DNA of 64,000 nt, taken from NCBI GenBank assembly GCA_032718475.1, contig JAUCBJ010007443.1, forward strand, positions 25,500-89,499, given 5' to 3'. The position numbers were made by a program, and so were the translations under genes. Under the pieces are notes generated by a model, which saw only the letters and a program-made list of their open reading frames with translations, was not told where the DNA came from and did not search any database. The stretch comes from Nemertoderma westbladi (Eukaryota > Animalia > Xenacoelomorpha). Positions 28,101-39,800 of the stretch are shown here, one piece after another; within the stretch, counting starts at the first letter, position 1, and every line of letters starts with the position of its first letter.

Positions 28101-30913
28101 ACGTACAGGAGTTACAGTGTCGGCCGTGTTCCAATCAGTCCCACAGTACAGTTGGTTGTACACGTACAGGAGTTACAGTGCCGGCCATGTTCCAATCAGT
28201 CCCACAGTACAGTTGGTTGTACACGTACAGGAGTTACAGTGTCGGCCGTGTTCCTATCAGTCCCACAGTACAGTTAGTTGTACACGTACAGGAGTTACAG
28301 TGTCGGCCGTGTTCCAATCAGTCCCACAGTACAGTTGGTTGTACACGTACAGGAGTTACAGTGTCGGCCGTGTTCCTATCAGTCCCACAGTACAGTTGGT
28401 TGTACACGTACAGGAGTTACAGTGTCGAACATGTTCCTATCAGTCCCACAGTACAGTTGGTTGTACACGTACAGGAGTTACAGTGCCGGCCGTGTTCCAA
28501 TCAGTCCCACAGTACAGTTGGTTGTACACGTACAGGAGTTACAGTGTCGGCCGTGTTCCAATCAGTCCCACAGTACAGTTGGTTGTACACGTACAGGAGT
28601 TACAGTGCCGGAGTCCCACAGTACAGTTGGTTGTACACGTACAGGAGTTACAGTGTCGGCCATGTTCCAATCAGTCCCACAGTACAGTTGGTTGTACACG
28701 TACAGGAGTTACAGTGTCGGCCGTGTTCCAATCAGTCCCACAGTACAGTTGGTTGTACACGTACAGGAGTTACAGTGTCGGCCATGTTCCTATCAGTCCC
28801 ACAGTACAGTTGGTTGTACACGTACAGGAGTTACAGTGTCGGCCGTGTTCCAATCAGTCCCACAGTACAGTTGGTTGTACACGTACAGGAGTTACAGTGT
28901 CGCGTGTTCCAATCAGTCCCACAGTACAGTTGGTTGTACACGTACAGGAGTTACAGTGTCGGCCGTGTTCCAATCAGTCCCACAGTACAGTTGGTTGTAC
29001 ACGTACAGGAGTTACAGTGTCGGCCGTGTTCCTATCAGTCCCACAGTACAGTTGGTTGTACACGTACAGGAGTTACAGTGTCGGCCGTGTTCCAATCAGT
29101 CCCACAGTACAGTTGGTTGTACACGTACAGGAGTTACAGTGTCGGCCATGTTCCTATCAGTCCCACAGTACAGTTGGTTGTACACGTACAGGAGTTACAG
29201 TGTCGGCCGTGTTCCTATCAGTCCCACAGTACAGTTGGTTGTACACGTACAGGAGTTACAGTGTCGGCCGTGTTCCTATCAGTCCCACAGTACAGTTGGT
29301 TGTACACGTACAGGAGTTACAGTGCCGGAGTCCCACAGTACAGTTGGTTGTACACGTACAGGAGTTACAGTGTCGGCAGTGTTCCAATCAGTCCCACAGT
29401 ACAGTTGGTTGTACACGTACAGGAGTTACAGTGTCGGCCGTGTTCCTATCAGTCCCACAGTACAGTTGGTTGTACACGTACAGGAGTTACAGTGCCGGAG
29501 TCCCACAGTACAGTTGGTTGTACACGTACAGGAGTTACAGTGTCGGCCATGTTCCTATCAGTCCCACAGTACAGTTGGTTGTACACGTACAGGAGTTACA
29601 GTGTCGGCCGTGTTCCAATCAGTCCCACAGTACAGTTGGTTGTACACGTACAGGAGTTACAGTCGGCCGGCAGTCCCACAGTACAGTTGGTTGTACACGT
29701 ACAGGAGTTACAGTGTCGGCCATGTTCCAATCAGTCCCACAGTACAGTTGGTTGTACACGTACAGGAGTTACAGTGCCGGAGTCCCACAGTACAGTTGGT
29801 TGTACACGTACAGGAGTTACAGTGTCGGCCGTGTTCCTATCAGTCCCACAGTACAGTTGGTTGTACACGTACAGGAGTTACAGTGTCGGCCGTGTTCCAA
29901 TCAGTCCCACAGTACAGTTGGTTGTACACGTACAGGAGTTACAGTGCCGGAGTCCCACAGTACAGTTGGTTGTACACGTACAGGAGTTACTGTGTCGGCC
30001 ATGTTCCAATCAGTCCCACAGTACAGTTGGTTGTACACGTACAGGAGTTACAGTGCCGGAGTCCCACAGTACAGTTGGTTGTACACGTACAGGAGTTACA
30101 GTGTCGGCCGTGTTCCTATCAGTCCCACAGTACAGTTGGTTGTACACGTACAGGAGTTACTGTGTCGGCCATGTTCCAATCAGTCCCACAGTACAGTTGG
30201 TTGTACACGTACAGGAGTTACAGTGCCGGAGTCCCACAGTACAGTTGGTTGTACACGTACAGGAGTTACAGTGTCGGCCATGTTCCAATCAGTCCCACAG
30301 TACAGTTGGTTGTACACGTACAGGAGTTACAGTATCGAACATGTTCCTATCAGTCCCACAGTACAGTTGGTTGTACACGTACAGGAGTTACAGTGTCGGC
30401 CGTGTTCCTATCAGTCCCACAGTACAGTTGGTTGTACACGTACAGGAGTTACAGTATCGAACATGTTCCTATCAGTCCCACAGTACAGTTGGTTGTACAC
30501 GTACAGGAGTTACAGTGTCGGCCGTGTTCCTATCCGTCCCACAGTACAGTTGGTTGTACACGTACAGGAGTTACAGTGTCGGCCGTGTTCCTATCAGTCC
30601 CACAGTACAGTTGGTTGTACACGTACAGGAGTTACAGTGTCGGCCGTGTTCCTATCAGTCCCACAGTACAGTTGGTTGTACACGTACAGGAGTTACAGTA
30701 TCGAACATGTTCCTATCAGTCCCACAGTACAGTTGGTTGTACACGTACAGGAGTTACAGTGTCGGCCGTGTTCCAATCAGTCCCACAGTACAGTTGGTTG
30801 TACACGTACAGGAGTTACAGTATCGAACATGTTCCTATCAGTCCCACAGTACAGTTGGTTGTACACGTACAGGAGTTACAGTGCCGGCCGTGTTCCAATC
30901 AGTCCCACAGTAC
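25107..30913. repeat. 61-bp tandem satellite, right array (~97 units)
   Basis: Same monomer as the left array. Ends abruptly at ...CCCACAGTACA|CACGCATT. Confidence 0.99.
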
Positions 30914-32132
30914 ACACGCATTATGCCAACACGTAGTGCTTTATTGAATAAAGAATCACACATTAATATAAATAGAAATAATACATTCTGGAATACGGTA
31001 ATTTAAGTTGTTTCCATGTTATTGATTACTTTGCAGCGTTTCGTCCTATAGGCCGCAACGCTGCAAAATAGTACTAGCGTAGAGTTGTGAGTAATTCACC
31101 AGAACGCTGTTTAGTTGAATTTAATTTATTGAATTTATTTATTTCCTCAAAATTTATATAAAAAACAACAAACTAAACAATACCACAGAATCTGCTGGGT
31201 ACTTTGGAGTGTGTGTTGACAACATAATGTAACAAAAGTATTATTCGGCCGTTAGGCCAGGGATTACGCATACCGGTCCCGTACCTCATAAATTATTCCA
31301 GACAAATGTTATTGACGATTACATTAGATTTTTACTACAAATACAAGTACTACACTATAACTACTACTACATAACTACTAGCTATAACACAAAATCAAAA
31401 TTACTAGCTTCTAGCTCAGCTACCATTCTCTACATAACAAAATGCAAATATCCGATAACTAAACCTATTTACTAAAGTTTCCAATATTCACAGCTACAAT
31501 ACAAGGTCAGCTTCTAAATTAAATTACTCTTTACCACGGGTATGCTTAACTTCAACTAAGCATTCACTGAGTTTTCAGGGCCCGACAGTCTGGAATACGA
31601 TTCCCCCCAACATAAAACAAAAAAATTAAATCCATAATTCTCTAGTAAATTTAAAAAATCATTATTAGCTGAAATTTAACATGTTTATAGTTCCAATTAT
31701 ATAGTTATTATAACCAAAACAATAAACTAAACTAAATAGAACAGGTTACAGTTTTATTTTTAAGTGTAATCAGCTGTTATTTGCGTCGAATTTCCCCTGG
31801 AGAGGGATACATTTTTATTACGTCCAGTTTCCCCCCTATCTGGATATAAACTACCGGTATATATTTACCGGTACTCCAGAAAAAAAGTTGGTCAAATGTT
31901 TTCTTAATTTTCAATTTAATTTTTACTAACTTGCAAATTAAAAGAACTAGCTAACATAAAATCAAAATTATTAGCCACCATCTTACGGTCAGATGGTCAA
32001 ATGTTTGTTTTAGAACAAAAAAACGACAAAAGCCATTTTCACATGAAAAAATTCGTCAAAAAGTGGGTACCCATCACTCCTAATAGTGATATCCTACTTT
32101 CATTTATACATATAGGCCTATACCGGAACCGG

Positions 32133-32681
32133 TGTAACAGAGAATTGTCACTCCCCAAGCAAAATCACCCCCCCCCCCCCCCCCCCCCGGTTAAAATTCC
32201 CTACCCCTAGCACTTAGTGTATTCACACTCGCTCAGGGTGTAATTTCCCTAGCGTATTTTAACCCCCTCCAGTGAAAACTCGCCCCTGCATTTTATAAAT
32301 TTTCACTGTGTGCAAATCCATCCCCGGTTAAATTTCCCTAGTGCATTCTCACTCCCGGTGTATTTTTTTTGTATCTTCCACCTGCCTGTATATAGTACTT
32401 TACTATATTACTATATATACAAATCTCCAGTGTGTGTTTGTTTGTTTACTAGATGTATCTGTGGTCTTAACTGTAAGCTTATATCGAATTTAAATTATAT
32501 TGAAATTTAAAATACCATGGGGGCAAGAAATAAGAATACACTGAGGGAGGAGGATTAAATTTCACTAAAAAATCACCCAGAGTAGTTTCACCCTCGGTTA
32601 AAATGTGGTACCCTAGTGAATTCTAACCGGGGGGGGGGGGGGGGATTTTTACACTAGGGGGGGTGGAAATTATCTGCTACA
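32133..32681. mobile_element. MITE with TGT...ACA termini and CCGG TSD (Ginger-like non-autonomous DNA transposon)
   Basis: Left end TGTAACAGAGAATT pairs with right end AATTATCTGCTACA (12/14). The internal poly-C (~32168-32188) is mirrored by poly-G (~32629-32644). CCGG flanks both sides (32129-32132, 32682-32685). TGT ends with a 4-bp CCGG TSD are described for Ginger1 elements. Confidence 0.75.
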
Positions 32682-32759
32682 CCGGTACTGTTGTCAGCTT
32701 GTCGGTAATACCAACCAGCCAACAGCTCGAATTTTATGAACATTAGCCAAAAAACTTAC

Positions 32760-32906
32760 CAACGATTCGCCAAATTGTGTCTTCGCTAATATCGTAAAGG
32801 ATTCAGTGGAGATATAACCCTGATTGGCTTCGTCACATAAATTAAATATATGAGTTAATCCTTCTCGGAATCCTATATCATCAATGGGGGCATCATCTTC
32901 CTCCAT
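32760..32906 (-). CDS. Coding exon (probably the first) of an EF-hand protein resembling the Rab11-FIP3/FIP4 N-terminus
   Basis: ATG to MEEDDAPIDDIGFREGLTHIFNLCDEANQGYISTESFTILAKTQFGESL (49 codons), followed by a phase-0 G|GTAAGT donor at 32759. F-x-x-x-D-x-x-x-x-G-Y-I-x-x-x-x-F is an EF-hand pattern. Family assignment is from recalled similarity only. Confidence 0.7.
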
Positions 32907-34573
32907 TCTTGTTTGAAAAAATAAAAACAGAGATGCATCTTGCGCATCGGTTTTATTTCAACGCAGCAAAGTGTGAAGCAATGACAACGCGTCTCCAAAT
33001 GGTATTACAGTATTAATCAGCGTCATTATATCAATTATAGGCCTTTAGTATCAATAAATACAGAAATATTATATCCAGTCCAGATATCACATAACTTGAA
33101 AGTGAAAACAATTATTACAGTATTATTATTTGCACAAAATAAAAAATATTAAAACAACAAATTGATCAGACTGTCAGAGGATAGGTTACAGTGATAGTAC
33201 AAACAGCTATTACTTGCATTAATTTTACCCTGAAAGTAGGCCTACCGTACACAATTTCATTTTGTAGAATTCATGATTTCTGCATTTCCTTTTCATAATT
33301 TCAAACAATTATTTCCTTTTTCTTTTTTGATTGTTTTTATTACATACAACCTTTTCTTAATCATTTGTACTTTTTGTTCCGGGACGTTCCTGTTTGGGGG
33401 CCTCCATTTTGAATTTTTTTAATGTCATTTTACCAGTTCAGCAGTTCCCGTGGCAAACCACTTATAAAATTTTTGTATTTTTTGTCAATTTACCGGCTTC
33501 CTATAACAAAATACTTAGAACGTTCACTTATCAGCTTATAACTTTGATTCAAAATATGCTGCTCCCAACTGCCCAAACCCCTATCTACTGACCTATTTCA
33601 GCATTTAGTTAGAGCGCTACCCCCCCCCCCCCCCCCCCCCCCCCCACCTAACACAATACTTGATTAGCATACATTGCACTTTAATATTGCATAATTTGTA
33701 ATTACCTAATTAACTAAAACTCTAATTAACTATTAATAAAAGCCACATACAGACAAACTGCAAATTGATTTATTATTGTACAAAAATGCCACAATTCCTA
33801 AAAATATGCTCTGTAATAGAGTAATACTGTAATATAATAATCATTAATCTAATAATTGCTTAATAATAATTTGACTTTAAAAAACGTACCGGTACTAAAA
33901 AATTATCGATTAATCAAAAAATACTTAGGCCTATATTCATAAATTAGGTACATAACTAACTAAAAAAAATATTACCGGTATTAAAAATTTATTAATTATT
34001 AATAACAAACAACATGAATAATACTTAGTAGGCCTACTCTATAAAACGCCAGAACAAATTACTGCAAAGTAATTCACAACATAATTATATTGTAAAGTTA
34101 TATTAGGCCTATTTAAAAAGTACGAAATTAACTAAAAATTATAATTAATACATGCAAAAAGTATGGGCCACAATTCCAACTAAACCTAAGCTATATGGCA
34201 GTATGGGAACAATTGCAATTTTACTTTCTCTTTCTCGTTCGCGTCATCCCGCTTCATTACCATCGAGCAACGACAACACGTTGGGGGTGTTTCCGGACCG
34301 AGACCGTGTCTTATCCACCACTGAAAGTCGGCTGCAGATGACAGGATGACATCCAGCAAATGTCTGCTAATCGTAAATCGTTTCAGGCACTTAAACTGGC
34401 ATTCTTACTCTCCTCCCCTAGTCCAGTAGTCAGCCAGTGCCGCCGGTACAATTGAACAGGGGACGGGGATACCGGTACCGCTATCTGACAATCTGACTGT
34501 TGCATATTAAAACTGTATTCTGGTTTTGAAGGCTGAAGGCTACAGCCTACAGCCTACGGCAGTCCTACTAAAA

Positions 34574-34612
34574 ACCGCAATTTACCGCAACTTACCGCAA
34601 TTTACCGCAACT
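34574..34612. repeat. 10-bp microsatellite (ACCGCAAYTT) x ~4
   Basis: accgcaatttaccgcaacttaccgcaatttaccgcaact, preceded by a short (TACAGCC)n run. Confidence 0.9.
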
Positions 34613-34729
34613 AGTTCAGTAGTTCATTGCTATCTATATTAATGTTAATATTGATTTTAAAAAGATCCCAAAATTCTCCCACCCAAAGAGATATTATTTG
34701 GAGAACTGCTCCTGCTGTCCTGTCTGGGA

Positions 34730-36952
34730 CCAAACCAATACTAATTGGAGTCATATACCGACCACAAACAGATACGACTTTTTTTGAAAACATAGAGGAA
34801 ACTCTTGGAGACATATCATCGTATCACGAAGTTTATATAATGGGAGACACAAATACGGACACTTCAAAGCCCAGGGGGTTACCGGTATCAACATTACCCG
34901 ATGTCATGGAAACTGGAAACCAAGCAACGATAACATTACCGGTAACTGAAGATACTGCTACACCCCATAAACTAGCACACTTCTGCAGATCTCTTAGTCT
35001 GAAGCAAATAATAACTGAGTATACGAGTGTCACGGAAACTTCAAGTACCGTAATTGAACATGTATTTGTCTCAAATATGAATATGGTAAGCCAAAGTGGT
35101 GTTATTAAACTAAGAATGAGTGACCACTACCTGATATTCTGTACCCGTAAGAAGGTTAAAATACCCATAAATCACCACAAAGAAATCATTTGTCGAAATT
35201 ATAAAAACTATAATAAAGATATAATGCTGGCAAACACAAGAACAAACACCGTTATCCAGGGAGTAACATCTCAGACAGATGTCAATGATGCAGCAAGGCA
35301 GCTATCTGATGAACTCAAAAATATAATTGACCGTTTAGCGCCGCCAAGATCAGTGAGGGTTAAACACCGAAGCGAGCCATGGATGGATAATGAGGTTCGC
35401 GATGCCATTACAAAACGCCACAAAGCTACACTTGTTTTTCCCCAAGCAAAAGCCAATGAAGATGATTTCAAAAAAATTAGGAATAAAGTAACTAGTTTAA
35501 TACGTTTCAAAAAAGCAGATTATATCAAAGCAAAAGTACAATCTTCTAAAAACAATCCCAAAGACCTTTGGAAAATTTTCAAATCACTTGGCATGCCTTC
35601 CAAAAAGACACAAACACCTGATTCTGCCAGTCCAGGATTGATAATAGATGGTGTAATATCACGTGACCCAAAACTAATAAGCAACTGTTTTAACGAGTAT
35701 TTTTCAAATGTCGCAAAATCCTTGGAATCGAAATTACCATCTCCTACAGGACGATTTGGATACGAGGCTACAAGGGATTATTACCAAAACATGGGAACCA
35801 GTCAGGAAACATTTACTCTTTCCGAAATAACTGAACAAGAAATAGAGTCAATTATCCAGGAAATTGATACAAGCAAAAGTACAGGCGCAGATGGAATTCC
35901 AGCACGAATAATAAAGGATTGCAGTGACGTTATTACTGGACCTATAACACACATAGTTAATACTTCGATCAAAACCAGCACTTTTCCTGAAAATTACAAA
36001 ACCGCCAAAGTCAAGCCCATTAAAAAAAGTTCTAGTAATGCTCTAGAAAAGGAAAATAACAGACCGATTTCTCTCCTGCCAATTTTATCGAAGATTCTTG
36101 AAAGGGTCGTCCACAACCAGCATGTGGAATATATAGCAACAAGTGGGATCGCTAATAAACTTCAGTCTGGATTTCGGCGTGGATATTCGACTGAGACTAC
36201 CCTAATCTATGTAGACAACTTCATCCGAGAAGGTATTGAGAAAGGCCATCTTACAGGTATCTAATAGACCTCAGCAAGGCGTTCGACACCATAGATCATT
36301 CCACACTGCTAGCCAAACTCAAACTTCTGGGATTCTCTGATAGCACTACAAGATGGATGAAATCGTACCTGACGGGTAGACAGCAGTTTGTGAGTATTAA
36401 TGGTGTAGAATCGGAAAGAAGCCAAATTGACATTGGAGTTCCTCAAGGTTCGATTTTGGGGCCCGATTTATTCGGTGACCATACCAATGACTTTTCACAA
36501 GCTATAGAAATTGCAGCCCCAATGTTTGCCGATGATACCAGCTTATTGGACTCAAATTCTGATGTGGATGAACTATCTCGCGTCCTGTCAGAGAATATGG
36601 ATGCTGTGTACGATTGGTGTAATGATAATCGCCTTAGCATAAATTTCAAGAAAACCCAGGCAATTTGTTTTGGTACACATCAGAGGTTAGCATCAGCTCC
36701 GAAACTGCAAGTTAAATGCGGCGGCATTGATATACCGGTGAAGGATGCGGTAACCTATCTCGGAGCAGAACTCGATGACACCCTTGCAGGTGAGAATATG
36801 GCTCAAAAAATAATTAAAAAGGGAAACAGCCGTCTAAAATTTCTTCACCGCAATGGAGGAGTTCTCGATCGCCATTCCCGTTGACTACTCTGCATGGCCC
36901 TCATCCAGCCCCATATGGACTACGCCTCTAGCTGCTGGTTCTTGACTATCTC
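34730..36952 (+). pseudogene. Decayed CR1/L2-type LINE ORF2 fragment (endonuclease C-terminal half plus RT)
   Basis: APE motifs IGVIYRP, GDTN and SDH. RT motifs RPISLLP, QSGFR, DLSKAFDTIDH (after a frameshift at ~36260), GVPQGSILGP, FADDT, YLG and PHMDYAS. Cut off at 36952 by a TGTAAA-starting repeat. Confidence 0.9.
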
Positions 36953-37413
36953 TGTAAAGGCTTTTGCGGATATAACCAGTTATTTTTTCTCCGCAATGAA
37001 CTGTTAAGTTGTTTTAGCGGACATAACAAGCCATTTTCCCGCAAAGTACTGTGTAGGTGTTTTAGCGGACATAAAAAGCCATTTTTTCTGTATGTGTACT
37101 TTAGCGGACATAACAAGCCATTTATGCCGCAATGCGCCAAAATACTCTTAATGCAGTGTAGTTCCGATGACGAAATCTATCAGCTGATTTGATGTCAATG
37201 TGGAGCTTTCTTGGCCTCTTTGTTCGGCTCTCTCGACCAATCAGAGCGATTTTCTTTGTATGTACAAACCGAGCCTATGTAAACCGTGCCAGGCACATCA
37301 GTATCAGTTATTGTCAGTTGTAGTTGTTGTTGTATTTTTCTGAGCCCAGAACACCGGCTTAGGATTCTTTGTGTTTCTATGTAGGTTTCAGACTTTAGCC
37401 ATACGACATTAGA
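36953..37413 (+). mobile_element. LTR/leader-like interspersed repeat, copy 1, segment A
   Basis: Starts TGTAAAGGCTTTT like copy 2 (60855 TGTAAAAGCTTTT). Three TTTAGCGGACATAA repeats and GACCAATCAGAGCG (CCAAT box) are shared with copy 2. Confidence 0.8.
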
Positions 37414-39787
37414 CTGCCTTGCCACAGCATGACTGGTCCTCTCTGTTGCAACAGCCAAGTGTGAGATCCAGCTTCACACTACAGCTGAGCAACAGGTATG
37501 AGGCTCTTGCCTCTGAGGCGGCAGATCACTGTGAGGGCTATACTGCCTTTACAGAAGCAGTTAAGTTAGCAGCTGCAGAAACAGTTCCTGTATACCCCCG
37601 ACATAGGAAAAGGGCCCCCTGGACTGAAAACAGGATTCAGAGGTGCTGAAATGACCTTTATAAGGCGCAGAAAGAGTCCCGACTCAAACAGATTACAGCA
37701 GCCAAGAATGCAGTTAAGGCTGCATCTAGGTCCCTGAACAGGCAGTACTCTGTTAATCTACAGGAGCTAATAAACCAACAGGTTGATGCCATCAATGATG
37801 CTGACTACAGCAGGCAATCATCCCAGGCATGGAAATCAATCAATCTGCTTACAGGGCGGAAAAGCCAACCAACCACCAAGGTTAAGGCTGAATCACCAGC
37901 CGATCGCCTCGATGGTTGGAAAGCCCACTTTGAAAAGCTCCTCAATAATGACAGGGTATTGCCTGATAACTTTATAGAAGTAAAAGTGTCTGAGTCTGTA
38001 CTGCCAGATATTCCCATTGGCGATATCTCCTTTGCAGAAGTGAAGGCTGCTGCAAAGAGCATTAAGACCAATCGTGCCAGTGGAGTAGATGGTGTTCCTC
38101 CTGAGGTCTTTAAAATACCTGAGTGTTTAAAGCTCATCTATCCCATCATAGTAGACATGTACCGAACAACAAGAGTCCCACAAAAAATGAAAACAAATAA
38201 ATTGGTGCCAGTTCCCAAGAAGGGCAACCTAACACTCTATGGTTCTTTTCGGGGAATCTCATTGATCTCGATTGCTGCAAAGCTATACAACAGGATTCTA
38301 TTAAATCGCATCAGGGATCCCATTGAGAGACTGCTCCGTGGAAATCAGAATGGGTTCCGTAAAGGTCGTGGGACCATGGAGCCCATTTTGGCACTTAGAA
38401 GGATAATTGAAGAATTATCAAAAAGAAAGACAGGCATCTGGCTGTTATCTTTGTTGACTTCTTCAAGGCCTTTGATTCAGTCTCTCGCTCACGTATGTTC
38501 AGCATACTTTCATTATATGGGATTCCTGATGAAATTATTGCAGCAATCAGATCAGTATACAATGGTTCGACAACATTTGTGTCTACTGTTGACGGTGACA
38601 CAGAACCATTTGAAGTGTTATGGGGCGTCCTCCAAGGAGACACACTTGCACCATTCTTGTTCATTATTGTGGTTGACTATGTTCTACGCATGTCCTTAGA
38701 TCATCATAATGATGATGGGGTGATGATAACTCCACCTACTGGCTCCAGAAGTCGTGGAAATCCTGCCAAGTACCTAACTGATCTAGACTTAGCTGATGAC
38801 TTAGGAGTACTCTCAGAATCACTAGAGGGAGCCCAACGTCATTATTGTGGTTGACTATGTTCTACGCATGTCCTTAGATCATCATAATGATGATGGGGTG
38901 ATGATAACTCCACCTACTGGCTCCAGAAGTCGTGGAAATCCTGCCAAGTACCTAACTGATCTAGACTTAGCTGATGACTTAGGAGTACTCTCAGAATCAC
39001 TAGAGGGAGCCCAACGGCTCCTCAGCTCACTAGAACATGCTGCTTCTAGTGTTGGTCTTTTTATTAACTCCAGAAAGACAAATTCTGACAGTTAACTTTG
39101 AAAGTCCTCAGCAAGTCTCTGATCGGATGAGCATAAGCTCAAAGGATGGTATGCTTGAGCATGTGGACGACTTCTGTTACCTGGGATCATGGATCCGGAA
39201 GTCAGGTGAAGACCTTCGAATACGTAAGGGAAAGGCATGGGCAGCCTTGAATAGGCTTTCCAGGATTTGGAAGTCACCGAGAATTAATCGGAAACTTAAG
39301 GTCCGATTATTTAGAGCAGCAGTAGTTCCAGTACTCCTCTACGGGAGTCCATGCTGGGCTCTAACTGCTGAGGACACCAAATCTCTGGATGGCACATTCA
39401 CAAGAATGCTACGCCGGGTTCATGGTGTCAAGTACAATGCACACATCTCCAACCAGACACTATATAACATTGGAGGTGTCTCATTGGTTCCCCCAAGCTT
39501 GACACTAGAACAAAATCGCCTCCACTTTGCAGGACATTGCTTTCGCCGTGAGGACCAGCCAGTGCATAATCTTGTACTTTGGCAGCCTCATGGAGTAAAT
39601 AAGCATTGTGAACAGCCCATGACTTTCTTGAGACGTATCTTAAAGGACACTGGCCTTAAAGATGCGGATGATCTAGCAAATGTCATGGGTGATAGGGAGT
39701 TGTGGCGGTGCAATTTTGTTGACAAGCCGGCACAGCATTCTTAGAAATGCAGCTGCAATGCAGCATGCCGATCCTAGTAGTAGTAGT
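37414..39787 (+). mobile_element. 5'-truncated RTE-clade LINE, degenerate
   Basis: RT motifs NQNGFR, FVDFFKAFDS, GVLQGDTLAPFLF, DLDLADD and FCYLGS. (TAG)n tail at 39775-39787. 13-bp TSD ATACGACATTAGA at 37401-37413 and 39788-39800. Confidence 0.93.
38661..39016. repeat. 178-bp tandem duplication inside the RTE RT
   Basis: 38661-38838 is repeated at 38839-39016 and looks identical by eye. Confidence 0.95.
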
Positions 39788-39800
39788 ATACGACATTAGA

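Noticed and set aside
1-30913. CRISPR array (constant ~40 bp plus variable ~20 bp)
   Set aside because: The variable parts are point variants of one sequence rather than unique spacers. There are no cas genes and the context is eukaryotic.
7-31006. Giant 5152/5193/7912-aa and other satellite ORFs as protein-coding genes
   Set aside because: They follow from a stop-free 61-bp monomer. All three frames are equally open, with no domain, no true start context and no codon-position bias.
32001-32510. Short ORFs including a poly-Pro stretch
   Set aside because: They come from the poly-C tract and interior of the MITE.
33621-33645. Poly-C tract as a functional element
   Set aside because: It is an isolated homopolymer with no partner tract or TIR found, and its length is unreliable in assemblies.
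37160-37180. CCGATGACGAAA as a hammerhead ribozyme core
   Set aside because: It has no CUGAUGA match or stem II, and it is not conserved in copy 2.
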